Origin: Octopus bimaculoides
Lineage: Eukaryota
DNA length: 48,815 nt
NCBI RefSeq assembly: GCF_001194135.2
Contig: NC_068982.1
Location: 185,323,878 to 185,372,692, forward strand
Direction of reading: 5' to 3'
Shown: one piece after another, positions 24,485 through 35,660 of the stretch
Layout: each line of letters opens with the position of its first letter
Position numbering within the stretch: position 1 is the stretch's first letter
Notes under the pieces: generated by a model
The model's database searches: none
Seen by the model: only the letters and a program-made list of their open reading frames with translations
Told to the model about the DNA's origin: nothing
Program-made: the position numbers and the translations under genes

Positions 24485-26485
24485 TACGGGTCAGTGAGTT
24501 TACTGGTTGGACGTGTTATTACTCGCTGCGAGTTTTTTTAGTATAACGCCACTATTGTTTGGTGGGCGTTGCTGAGATGGAGAAAACGAAGACGTATGCA
24601 GCAGCGACAGGGAGTCGAGTTTCCGTCGTCCCAGGCCTGCTGAAGCAATATGAAATACATTGGAATGAAGACATGGCTGAGAAGGCTGGAAAATATAAAG
24701 AAATGATAAAGATGGAGGGGCCAAACGTAAAGTTGACCCCATCAGAGGAGGGAAAGACGAAAATGGAAATTGGAGTCTTGGAATATAAATCATTTTCAAG
24801 GAGAGTGCAACGAAGGAGGAGGTGGAGGAGTGTTTGAAGGAATTGAAAGAAGATGTGTCGTTTTTTATAAGAGGCAAGACATACGCGACTGTAGAGATCA
24901 CATTTGTATCGGAGGAGGCAGCAAAGAAATACGCCAATAAGACGTTAGCTAAAGGAAATTGGATGCTCTTTCCCAATAAGTTGGGTAGACGTATAACGTG
25001 GATTAGAGTGGGTAGGATCCCACCGAAAATAAAGTTGGAATGGGTAATGGCAGCAGTTTTTCCTGAAAGAGAAGGAGAAGATGTAAGGATAATTATGATA
25101 AGCAGAACCCAACAAACAAATTGCTGGGGGTATGGATTGGAGGTGCTTTTTATGGCAAGTCAGAAAGTTTACAGTGACATACCGGAGACACTGGAACTGC
25201 CTTACGAGGACAAACTGGACATAATGTTGGAGGGGAGACCTCCAAAGTGCTACGAATGTGGCAAAAGAGGTCACGTTAGAAGAAGGTGCCCAGAAATAAT
25301 GGAAAACAAAGAAATGGAAACGCAAGAAGGCGTGATAGAGGAGAGGAAACAGTCACAGGAAGAGGAGCAGAGAGCTGATTTTGAGGAAGCTAAATCAAGG
25401 AAGAGAGAAAGGAGGAGCTCATCGGCGAAAGTCGAACAGGGGAAAAAATGCAAATCACAGGATCAAGGGGGATCACTGAGGAAAGAAGATAATAGCAGCA
25501 GAACATTACCACAAAACCACACAGTCTCACAATCGCACAGACAGACAGATTCACAGATGCATAAACACACAGACATACATACACTCGGAAGCGTAGAAGA
25601 TAACGCAGAGTTGCAGAAACCTAAAAGCACAGAACCTGAAAACAGACACACAGCATGCAGACTTACAGTCACACAAACATGCAGACCCACAGACAGATAA
25701 ACACACAGTCACAAAGAAATATAGAAGAACAGACGCATGGTAGTACAGAATCACAAAAACAAAAAAGAACAGACATACAGACGCAGGAAGTACATAGGAA
25801 CGGCATATATTTGATGTCATATCGATATACACAAAAAATAGAAAAGAAGATATCCAAAATAAAANNNNNNNNNNNNNNNNNNNNNNNNNNNNNNNNNNNN
25901 NNNNNNNNNNNNNNNNNNNNNNNNNNNNNNNNNNNNNNNNNNNNNNNNNNNNNNNNNNNNNNNNNNNNNNNNNNNNNNNNNNNNNNNNNNNNNNNNNNNN
26001 NNNNNNNNNNNNNNNNNNNNNNNNNNNNNNNNNNNNNNNNNNNNNNNNNNNNNNNNNNNNNNNNNNNNNNNNNNNNNNNNNNNNNNNNNNNNNNNNNNNN
26101 NNNNNNNNNNNNNNNNNNNNNNNNNNNNNNNNNNNNNNNNNNNNNNNNNNNNNNNNNNNNNNNNNNNNNNNNNNNNNNNNNNNNNNNNNNNNNNNNNNNN
26201 NNNNNNNNNNNNNNNNNNNNNNNNNNNNNNNNNNNNNNNNNNNNNNGTAGTTTTATTTTGGATAAATTATTGAGATAATTTTGAAAAGAACTATCGAAGA
26301 CCATGAAAGGAACTATTGAGAACTGTTGAAATAATTGAAATAACGCGGCCGCCCCGGGGTGGGGCTGGGGTGGCCGTCCCATCATCATTGTTTAATTTCA
26401 TTGTTCCATTCTATCATGTGTTAATTGTCCCCGCATGTGTGTATTGTCCCATCTGTGTTTAGCCCCTTGTAGGTAATAAAGAAAT
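24485..26485 (+). mobile_element. ORF1-only Tx1-like non-LTR element, copy 2 (diverged family)
   Basis: ORF1 with RRM-like region and CCHC knuckle CYECGKRGHVRRRC. 3' end AGCCCCTTGTAGGTAATAAAGAAAT. Flanked by CGGTAT. Confidence 0.88.
24577..25700 (+). pseudogene. Tx1-type ORF1p (RRM-like + CCHC), one frameshift near 24820
   Basis: ORFs 24559-24837 and 24822-25700 overlap; ATG at 24577 (MEKTKTYAAA). Confidence 0.8.
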
Positions 26486-27159
26486 CGGTATTTCGTCAGT
26501 CTTTACTTTCTGAGTTCAAATTCCGCCGAGGTCGACTTTGCTTTTCATCCTTTCGGGGTCGATAAATTAAGTACCAGTTGCGTACTGGGGTCGATTTAAT
26601 CGATTGCCCCTGCCCCCAAATTTCAGGCCTTGTGCCTAGAGTAGAAAAGATTTTTATAATTGTCATTTTCTTGTAACTGCACCTTTTCTGTTTTAAAACC
26701 CATAAAAAATTATTTGTGGGTGGTTTTGGGACGTTGGAACGGATTAATTATATTTTAATTAATTCCAATGGGGAAAATTGATTTGTTAAACGAGTAAATC
26801 GTAAAACGAGCTCGGTCATGAAACGAATTAAAATCGTACTGCACGGTATCACTGTATTAATTTTTCCAAAAAATTTTTGTGATTTTCATAGGTGACATGA
26901 AAAGTTACATTAGTGTAGAATTTTTCAATAAAATCAGAACAAGCCTATCAAACCGAAAAAATCTCATTCGTGTATTTAGTATATAGAATGCTCCTGTAAG
27001 GTATTTTCTCTCAACATTATTGTTGATATCATTCAAGATGTACTAGCGTGACCATAGGTTTGTGTCAGCTCTAGGTCAGTTATGATCACGCAGAATACTG
27101 ATCAATGTCTTCTAGTCGTTACTATTATCCTATCATATTTTTAACCATTTTCAACAAGT

Positions 27160-27604
27160 TCGTCAATTGTTCGGTGACGGTTCTCCAAGTTCATGAATTT
27201 TCATGATGTTTTCATTCGTTCGGGAAGTCGACGGTCGCCCTGAACGAGGTTGGACCTCAAGCGACAAGTGACCATTCCTAAAGCGTGGAAACCATTCGTA
27301 AACTTGTGTTTTGCTCATGGCAGTAGCCTTGTAAGCTGTTTGGAGCATGACAACTGTTTCGGCTGCCGTTTTTCCTGGCAGAAAACAGAATTTCACGGAA
27401 GCACGTTGTTCCTTCGTTTCAGCCATCGCAAAAAATCGACGAACAGGGGAGAAGCACTGCAAAACAAAGATGCACCACGTGGTGGTAAGACACCACTGGA
27501 AAATGCCTGAGGGTCGCATCAAGTGGCTTCTAGCGGCGGAAGTCTGAACTACAACGGGCTTGTCCTACAGAGAACGTTTCCAGTTACTTTTGGGTACCCT
27601 CTCG
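27160..27604 (-). mobile_element. Mariner element 5' half (TIR + transposase HTH)
   Basis: TA-CGAGAGGGTACCC TIR. ORF 27163-27522 has EQRASVKFCF..GKTAAET..SKTQVYEWFPRFRNG..PRSGRPSTS. Confidence 0.88.
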
Positions 27605-29924
27605 TATGGGTGCTATGAATGTTGCAGCATTTCATCTTTTCTCACAGTTAAGAAGAAACTAAAATGCCATTGAAATAAGCACCACTGATATATTAAGGTC
27701 TACTATCATCGAGTTTATACGAAAGGTATGAAAATCACATATTCTAATTTTATATGCCTCGTAAATCTGAAAACTTACATGTGCAAAGAATCAAGGACTG
27801 AATGCAAACAGACACATACACGCATGCACAAATAAACGCTCTGATCACGGACATACATGCACACATATACACATGCATACATGTCATTCACATATATATT
27901 TCTGCTAACGGCCTTCTCCATACCAAGCTGATCAAGTAGGTATTATGTTCAACTACGAGGATGTGGTGTGGGATGGAGTATCTGAATTCAAATCCACGGT
28001 AGGGTTTCTGAGCAAGTCATTCTATCGTAAAACGCCTGTAGTTTCGCTGTTTAAAGTTGCTAATCTCTCATATGATGAAAACTTGTGTGCATTCTCGCCA
28101 AATTGTACTTCCGAAGATTCTAGAAGCTTTACTCGGGGTTATAAAATGTTAGAATAATGAACCCTCAATCAGAACCACCCTAAACGTTACATGGAACTGT
28201 CGTTTTGTTCCAAGAAATGTAATCTCATTTTCTTCCACTTGACTTTTCATAAAATACTTCGCATACCATATTTGGCAAACCACGAAGTTTAACTCCATAT
28301 GAGGGATTTCTCTCATTAGACCAAGTTTAAGACGATACTTTTCATCCTTCAACTTTCTCTCAAAGAGATTATTCTGCTTGTAACCGGAAACTTTGTCCTA
28401 CAGTTATATGAAATCTTTCAGCTTTCATTTTTCGGCAGTTTCATTATTTCTTAATTCACACATAACGTACATACAACAAATTGTACAGTCTATAAAAAAT
28501 GTCAAGTGTTATTAATAAAGTGTAGAAGATAATCATTTCTCCTGTTGATTATACATGTTCATCGTGATACAACTACAACGTATTTTTCAACAACCATCAA
28601 CTGGAAACTGGTGAAGACAAACATTCACACCTCAAGCTCACTGCTGCCGAAGGTCTGCCAAAGCCACGGACACAGTCTCTTTTTTTCGAGACCAAACCAA
28701 TGCAAAACCGCGTTCAATAAATTGTATCTTGTTTTCTTGAGTGTACAATTAATTCGAGCGATAGATTAATTGTACAGTTTTAATACAAAATATATTTAAA
28801 TACTGATGACATGTATAGATATAATAGTCAGTTGTACAATATGTAGTCAAATATTAACTACATATGGAAATATAATAATAGATCCTCCTCCTCATCACTA
28901 GGTGAAGCTTGCTTGGAGTCCTCTTCAAATCTTTAGGTAACTGAATAACACCTGTGATTGTCAATCCTATAGGTGTTAGTAGGAGTTCTAACTTTTGGAA
29001 CTAAGTGACTCTGGTCATTGTCTTCAATACGATTCTATGTTCAATATCTTGTAAATTTTATCAATACTGACCATATATGTCGATATATAATTCGCTGTAC
29101 AAAACACATTTTTAGCGACGGCAGGCTACTGAATTTCTTTGAAAATTCTTTGTTTGCTGACTTCTATAATCATTTGCAGATTTATTTATCGCTGAGCCCT
29201 ACTGTAGCCTTTCCCCNNNNNNNNNNNNNNNNNNNNNNNNNNNNNAAAAAAAAACACATATTGCCTACAACAGACTCAAACGTGCTGCTCCTTTAAATGT
29301 ACCGCCCAGGGTGGACCGCCTCTCTCGCCCCACCCTAGCTATGCTAGTGCTGATTTGGTTCGAAACGGCGTACATCTTATCAACAAGACGGAATTTGTGA
29401 GTATTCAGCAAATGAACTAACCCAATAATAAACTATTCCCAGCAGAAACTATTTATGAGACTAATTAAAGGTAGAGCTAGATTTGTTCACAGCACTTCTC
29501 TTTTGATTTAACTTTGTATACCGTCAAATTAAAACAGGACGAGTCGTTTAAAATTCAACAAACCATAGTCATTAAGTAAGTTGTCCCACTTCGTTGTATC
29601 TTTTGTTGCCCAGAATTTCGGTATTACTGGAACGAACCTCACATCTTCGTATGAAGTCTTTTTAGGTCAAAGAACAATACCCAGTATTTCATTTTCTGCA
29701 TTTTTATGTTTATTTTCACTAGTTTTTTTTTGTATTTTTTTTTCGATAACTGTGACAGTAACCATTCTAACCTGCGTGACATGCTAAGACAGAACTTTAA
29801 ATCACCAAAAAATATCCTGTATAGTGTATTTTCTTCACTCGATTCATTTTACAAATGCTTTTACATAAACTCCCTTTTTAAAGGTGTTCGCTCTTTACCT
29901 TTAAGTGCTCACATTTTGGCTAAT

Positions 29925-30040
29925 CACGTGCTAGTCGAGTCCATCTAGCTTTACGTGGGCTGTCCACCCCTTCACGTGACAGACTAGCCAAACGCGCCAA
30001 CCAGCTATATAGGGGAAGCTTCTCCCGCTAATTACTCAGT
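29925..30040 (+). promoter_or_regulatory. Candidate Pol II core promoter (E-boxes, TATA, Inr)
   Basis: CACGTG at 29925 and 29973, TACGTG at 29952, TATATAG at 30006, Inr-like TCAGT with A at 30038 (32 nt downstream of the TATA start). Confidence 0.4.
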
Positions 30041-30098
30041 GTGGTGGGTCGTGATGAGAGAGTTAAGTAACGCAATGACAAGCAGAATTATTATAAGA

Positions 30099-30200
30099 CT
30101 AGCTGGCTCGGTGCCGTCAAAAATGACGGCTAATTGTAATATTTTATATATAAATGTGGATGGTAAATCAAATTAATACACTTGTCAATGTTATCTAGTG
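30099..30200 (-). mobile_element. Helitron 3' end
   Basis: CTAG terminus followed by T on the minus strand, with perfect hairpin GCCGTCA-AAAA-TGACGGC at 30113-30130. 5' end not located. Confidence 0.5.
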
Positions 30201-30760
30201 GTTGTCTTTTGAGATGTGACATTGATTATTGCTTGTCACTGAAAGAACACTGGTTCACACATACATTCACATACTTCTTTTGCACACACATACACTCTCA
30301 CACAGTTGAAACGCTGTTTGATTTTTCTTTTCTGCGTTGAATGTTCACCATCCCACTTCCATTGCACACACACACACATATTCACATACCTCCCTTTTAC
30401 ATACACCCATATACTCACACAGAGTTGAAACACTCCCACCACCAGTTTGCCATCACCCCTTCCTTATTCATCTATCATCCTTTCCTTTCTCATTCATATG
30501 TTGTGACGGAGAAAAACACAAGATAATAATTATTATGGTAGAATGTTCTTATCGTGACTCTTAAGACTATGATATTACCAAGGCCTTAGTCACATTGCAT
30601 CTTTCAACCACGCTAAAGTGTTATAATTTGAAACCCATGCTCGCACGTTTTCAATCTTCTCACTTGCAAGAACACGTCTTGTTATATTACTTTGAATTAT
30701 TACACCCACCTAGACTAGGTCTATGCTACTGACGGAACGGAAAATAAGGAAAACTGATTA

Positions 30761-30925
30761 CCGTATTTGTTGGCAAGTAAGACGCACTTATGTTAAGTCT
30801 CAAAAATCGCTCTGGGTCTTATATGCTTTTTATGCATATAATATACGCATGACCTTTTTTTTCCCTTTGAATATCCATTGCTAAAATTGGGGAGCGTGTA
30901 ATATACCCGTGCGTCTTTCATGCTC
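30761..30925. mobile_element. Pogo/Tc2-like MITE fragment
   Basis: TA-CCGTATTT...TAAGACGCAC TIR-like start; degenerate. Confidence 0.35.
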
Positions 30926-33214
30926 TCATCTACTGTCTACAATCATGGTGAAAAGTTTGGAATATAGGTCTGAATATTAGAATCTTTATATTGAATGCTT
31001 AAGTTATATTTGAATCGAATTGTATGTGCTTGGGCATAACAATTTTAATTTGAAACAAAAATGTTCCAAACTTTTGGTTACAAATGTATATATTATCTCT
31101 AATGGATAATCCGAGTTGTTTATCAGAAATCTCCGACCACATTCCAAGAGTGAGTGAGATCGGAAATAGCTGGCATAACAGTCAAAGATCAAACAATAAT
31201 TTAACAAGTGTGTTCTTGCATTTATAAACGATGAAAATCACGTCTTTATAGTGATCAAGCTTAACCCTCTTGATAACTTGTTTTGATTTCGCAGGAAACC
31301 AATTACAATTGGAACATTCTAAATTAGATGAAAAGATACGCGTGTTTCTTCTCATAAATCTTGCCAATTGTTTCGTGTTATTTTAATTGTTGACCTCTAT
31401 ATAGCACCTCTCACCAGTTTGTTTTAATAGCCAAGTCATTTAATTTGAAAGATTTATTAAAAGGTTACCAGACGACGCAGATCTTTAGTCTGTGCGTACC
31501 TCGTGTCTTTGAAGTGGCTTCACCAGTCATATAAGTTTTTACCACTCATGACACTTGACAGATTAAGTCCTTTTCAGCACAGCTGTGCTAAAGACAATTG
31601 TTTTTCTTTGCTGTTATGTGTCTTGCTTTAGCAACAAGCAGCTCCTTAATGACATGGAATTATTTGTGTATCTACTGTTCAATGTCGGATGTATCATGTT
31701 GCAAACTTGTACTTCCTATACATATGAAGAAATAGCAACGTGAAGTATTACAAAATATTCTTTTCTACTCTAGGCACAAGGCCCAATATTACAAAATATT
31801 AAACTCTAAAGATTAACGTGAGAACTAAAAATATTATCGAACCAGTTAGCAAGGACGTATCTCAAAATTCACCGAGAGCTATTTCTCCCACTAATGTCTA
31901 ATATCGTAACATCTCTTGATTCTATGTATAGCAGAATATCAAACTCAAAGACTAATAGATTATAAATTAATTTATAGTATTAATATAATACTAATTTGTA
32001 GCTTTGATATAATGTTTCAAATTTGGTGCATAGGTATAGTCGACTAGATCAAACCAGTAGTCGTTTAATCTCAGCAATATTTTCAGACTTAACAAAGTAT
32101 ATCAGGGCTTTTGTTTGGTGCTCCAACATTTCTGCTAACACTTGTTCTGACTAATAAATAACATTAACTTGATGTTTTTGTAAACCGCAATGAGAGAGTA
32201 ATAAAACAAAATGTATTGTTGCGACCCGAACCATTTATCCCTAGCTTTATGGGAAAATGCAAACGTTAAAAAAAAATGTAATTTCTTCTGTCTGTTTTTT
32301 TTTTCCTTGCCTCGTAGACGATATTTTACTGTTTATTACAGTCAGGGCTTCCGAGACAAGTTTGACAATGCAAAACAAAACTGCTTTAGGGTCCCATGAA
32401 AAGTGATTCGTTTCAAAATTCAAGTGGGCTGTACGGCCTCTACTTGTATATCAAAGCTCTGGACTGATGTAGAAGTTGATGTTTGGGAATTGGAATGCTA
32501 CAACCCTCACGATAAAAGAGCAGGGACTAATGGGGGAAGATATCATTTGGTATCCATTCTACAAGATTTCGTAAATTTGGATGGATGGTGGAAACTTCCA
32601 GGTGCGGTGCCAACTATGTCTGCGCAGGTGGAAGTGGAAATACGCACAAGGCCAGACTTTTGGATTGTGTTATGGAATGGATCCCGCTAGGTGGGAGAAG
32701 ATGTCTGAAGCTTAAGCTGAAGGACCGCTGTGGCTGTTACAAGTAAATGCACCAAACAGCGACGCCAAATCCAAATCCTTCCTTAGTCACTGTAGCTTTA
32801 AATGGAATCATTTGTCCTTCCAGAAAATTTCAATGCATGTGTTGGCACTGATCATCGGACATGGAGAGGAGTGACTGGCAAGAATGGTGACCCCAAACTC
32901 AACAATTATGAAAAGCCTTACTAGACTTCACTCCTGGAAATGGGCTTTATATAACAAACACTTTCTTCCTACACAGCTATCCATAAGTATACTTGACATA
33001 GGAATACTCTGGGACTGTAGTCACTGATAGATTTTGTCATCGTCTCGGACTGCTTATAATTCCGTACTAGACGTTAGTGTAAAGCGTGGGGTTGCACTAT
33101 CATCAACTTGTCGGCAACGTGAGACTATCTACAACAGGGCTAACTCATATAACTGAAAAGTACAACGTGATCTAGAGAATAAAGTGGGAAGCCCTAGTAG
33201 TTGATGGAATCAGA

Positions 33215-34519
33215 TGTTAGTTCGTCCGTCGTTGTCGACAATGATCAAGGTGTAAGGGTCGACCGTGTGAACTCATAAAAGGAGATATGGTGACGAATGG
33301 AAGAACAGAGGACTCCTTTTATTTAAACGTGTCACACGGTCGAACATACAAATATATATCAAATGATGTATATAGATGATGTTATACGTCGATAACATAG
33401 ATGACCAGTAATGAAAGACTACAACTGAAATAAGATGAATAACAGAGATATTTATTGTAGTGTTAAAGATGTATGTCTGTGTGAGAGTGTGAATGCGACA
33501 TATAATAACATTATCAAAGACAGGCCGTCGTACAAAGAAAAGTGTGTATGTGAGTGTTTACAGCAGATAGAGAGTCAATGACACGTGAGCAATTATACCA
33601 GATCTTGGGTACACAATAAGAAAAGTTCTGTATGTGAAAGTGAGGGAGGCTGAGTTTGGCAGAGCTGATCACTAGTTGTGATGTCGAGGCATCGATGCCT
33701 AGCCGTGATTCTTGTTATACAGATGTTCGTCGCTGGCTGTGGTTCTCTTGTCTGTTTGTTTACTGTGGTGAAGCTAAGTCACCTAACAGAATCGAGGAGA
33801 GAGATGGGCCGCGGAGTTTGGTTTGGTGTACATAGTAAATCGTGTTGACGCTGGTAGCGATTGTTGCTGGTTAGTAGTAATCGTAGAATCGTGTTGGTNN
33901 NNNNNNNNNNNNNNNNNNNNNNNNNNNNNNNNNNNNNNNNNNNNNNNNNNNNNNNNNNNNNNNNNNNNNNNNNNNNNNNNNNNNNNNNNNNNNNNNNNNN
34001 NNNNNNNNNNNNNNNNNNNNNNNNNNNNNNNNNNNNNNNNNNNNNNNNNNNNNNNNNNNNNNNNNNNNNNNNNNNNNNNNNNNNNNNNNNNNNNNTATAA
34101 CAAACTATGGGCTCCCGAAGGCTTCAGAATTTTACTCTATCACGTGACCTTATTAGGGGCCGTGATTGGTCAGTTTGCGTTCTGGCGGGAACGGTTCGAA
34201 GAAGTTGCCGATTCGAATAATGATCAGTCACGTGATAGACAAGGAATGGGTTCTCTACTACGCTCGCATTTATTTATATTTAAATGAGAAGATTGTATGT
34301 AATGGCGATAGTAGTTTGTATCTAATGGCGGGAGGTAGTTTCACTACAAAGGGCATCACATGAGAGAAAATAGGGCACGGTGTGTCCAGATGTGGCCAAT
34401 CAGTCTGATGCGTGTTTGGAAGGCTCTGCCGCAGATCGGTCATCGGTGGTCCACTGGGATTGAAGGTTGATGTTTGCGTTTGTGTTTTCTTTGTGCTTCT
34501 GCAATCCTGTCCTATGAGG
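33215..34519 (-). mobile_element. 5'-truncated RTE (BovB-like) 3' end, interrupted by LTR A
   Basis: Terminal C2H2 finger xPICGRAFQTRIRLIGHIWTH, RTE tail GTCGACAACGACGGACGAAC, TSD TCAGA (33210-33214, 34520-34524). Confidence 0.7.
33251..34348 (-). mobile_element. Solo LTR, family A
   Basis: TG...CA ends, exact TSD AAGG (33247-33250, 34349-34352), homologous to 2083-2977. Confidence 0.9.
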
Positions 34520-35249
34520 TCAGATACACATATGCGACACTATTGAATTTAAATTAGAGACCTTCCTCAACAAACTGCGGATGTTGATACGGAGTGAAGA
34601 TTGCTTTGTTCGGCAGTTTCTTTTTTCGGTTATACAATGCCGCGGGCGAAAACGGCTCGGCGTGGCGCAGGTGATAAAGGAAACCCCTGATTTAACCAGG
34701 AAGTTAAAAAAATATCATCCCTAAACGGAAGGAGGCTTGCAAAGTTTGACTTGCAAATAATATCTGGGGTTTAAGCTGGACTCTGACTTTATATTGGCCA
34801 GTAAAGTATTCTAGCAGACCATCTGCCGACTACGTAACAAGAATCCCTCTTTTACACTTTCTATTAAAGACTCGACTGAGGTTCTTCTCTCTACAAAGAA
34901 GAGCATCTATGGGAGGTGGATGAAATAGTTTATTGGTCTGAATCTAGTCACAATATAATCCGGTGGACACGTGGTGCACCTAGAGACGAAGACTAACCTC
35001 TCTGAGGCTAAGTCATAGAGGCGATTAAAGTGTTCAAATGTGACAAGGTTGCGAGGGGAAAATAAAATTCGAACTGAGGTGTTGAAAGCCTTCAATAGAG
35101 AAGGTATGCTCTGGTTGACTCGTGTATGCCAAGTGGCTAGGTCCTCTGGAAAAACACCGAAGCAAGGTAATCCAATAGTCCCTATTTTTAAAAAGGAATC
35201 TTCTTGTTGAGGTGCAGGGAAATAGTCGGGTTCAAGTTAGTCAGAAACG

Positions 35250-35660
35250 AGCAGTTTCATCAACTGTCTATACTTGCTCTGGTGTGTAGTCCACTTCAGC
35301 AATATTTTTTTTCATCTCTTCAGGATAATTAGTAGCAACATCTGTATCCGCGCTCGCAGTTTCACTCGTCCTTTTTATGTTGCGCAAATTCATGCGCTTC
35401 TTAAACCTTTCGAACCAATCTTTACCAGCCATTAGAAGTTTCATCTTCCTTTTTTAGCAAATCGGTGAATAATCTTTTGACTCTTTTTTTTTTTCGAATT
35501 ACCGTCGTGTTTATCAGCACATTACACCGATGCTGATCCTCGATCCATACACTAAAGAGTCTTTCTATGGAAAAATAAGGTCCGGACAGTTAACGAAGTA
35601 GCTTCTTTAACACTTGACATAATTTTATCTCTGTTGTCACATATTGTTCCTACTGTAGAC
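35250..35660 (-). pseudogene. Tigger transposase fragment
   Basis: ERLFSVWIEDQ, WFERFKKRMNLRNIK and ASADTDVATNYPEE in shifted frames. Confidence 0.7.

Larger units (their letters stand above)
22980..26651 (+). mobile_element. tRNA-derived SINE split by two insertions (head 22980-23031; remainder 26486-26651)
   Basis: Head GGCGGCGAGCTGGCAGAAACGTTAG...CGCGGTAT stops at 23031. The SINE resumes at 26486 (CGGTATTTCGTC...GAGTTCAAATTCCGCCGAGGTCGAC) in register with the intact copy at 38030. Confidence 0.92.
21129..26854 (+). mobile_element. Tigger/pogo DNA transposon, interrupted at ~22980-26651
   Basis: Imperfect TIRs (TAGTGGAAATCCGCAGTACGA; right end TCGTACTGCACGGTATCACTG), TA at both flanks, transposase remnant, and a Tigger-type 3' end resuming at 26652. 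Confidence 0.9.
32460..35198 (+). mobile_element. RTE LINE (APE domain to start of RT), 3'-truncated and interrupted at 33215-34519
   Basis: Frameshifted motifs NLDGWWKL, GLYITNTFF, DLPQQTADVDTE, AFNREGMLWLTRVCQVA..SGKTPKQ and PIFKK. Confidence 0.85.

Noticed and set aside
28880-29210. Possible hAT transposase C-terminus
   Set aside because: Similarity by eye was too weak and spread over several frames.
31480-31760. Possible exon or transposase remnant on the minus strand
   Set aside because: Multiple stops and no identifiable motif.
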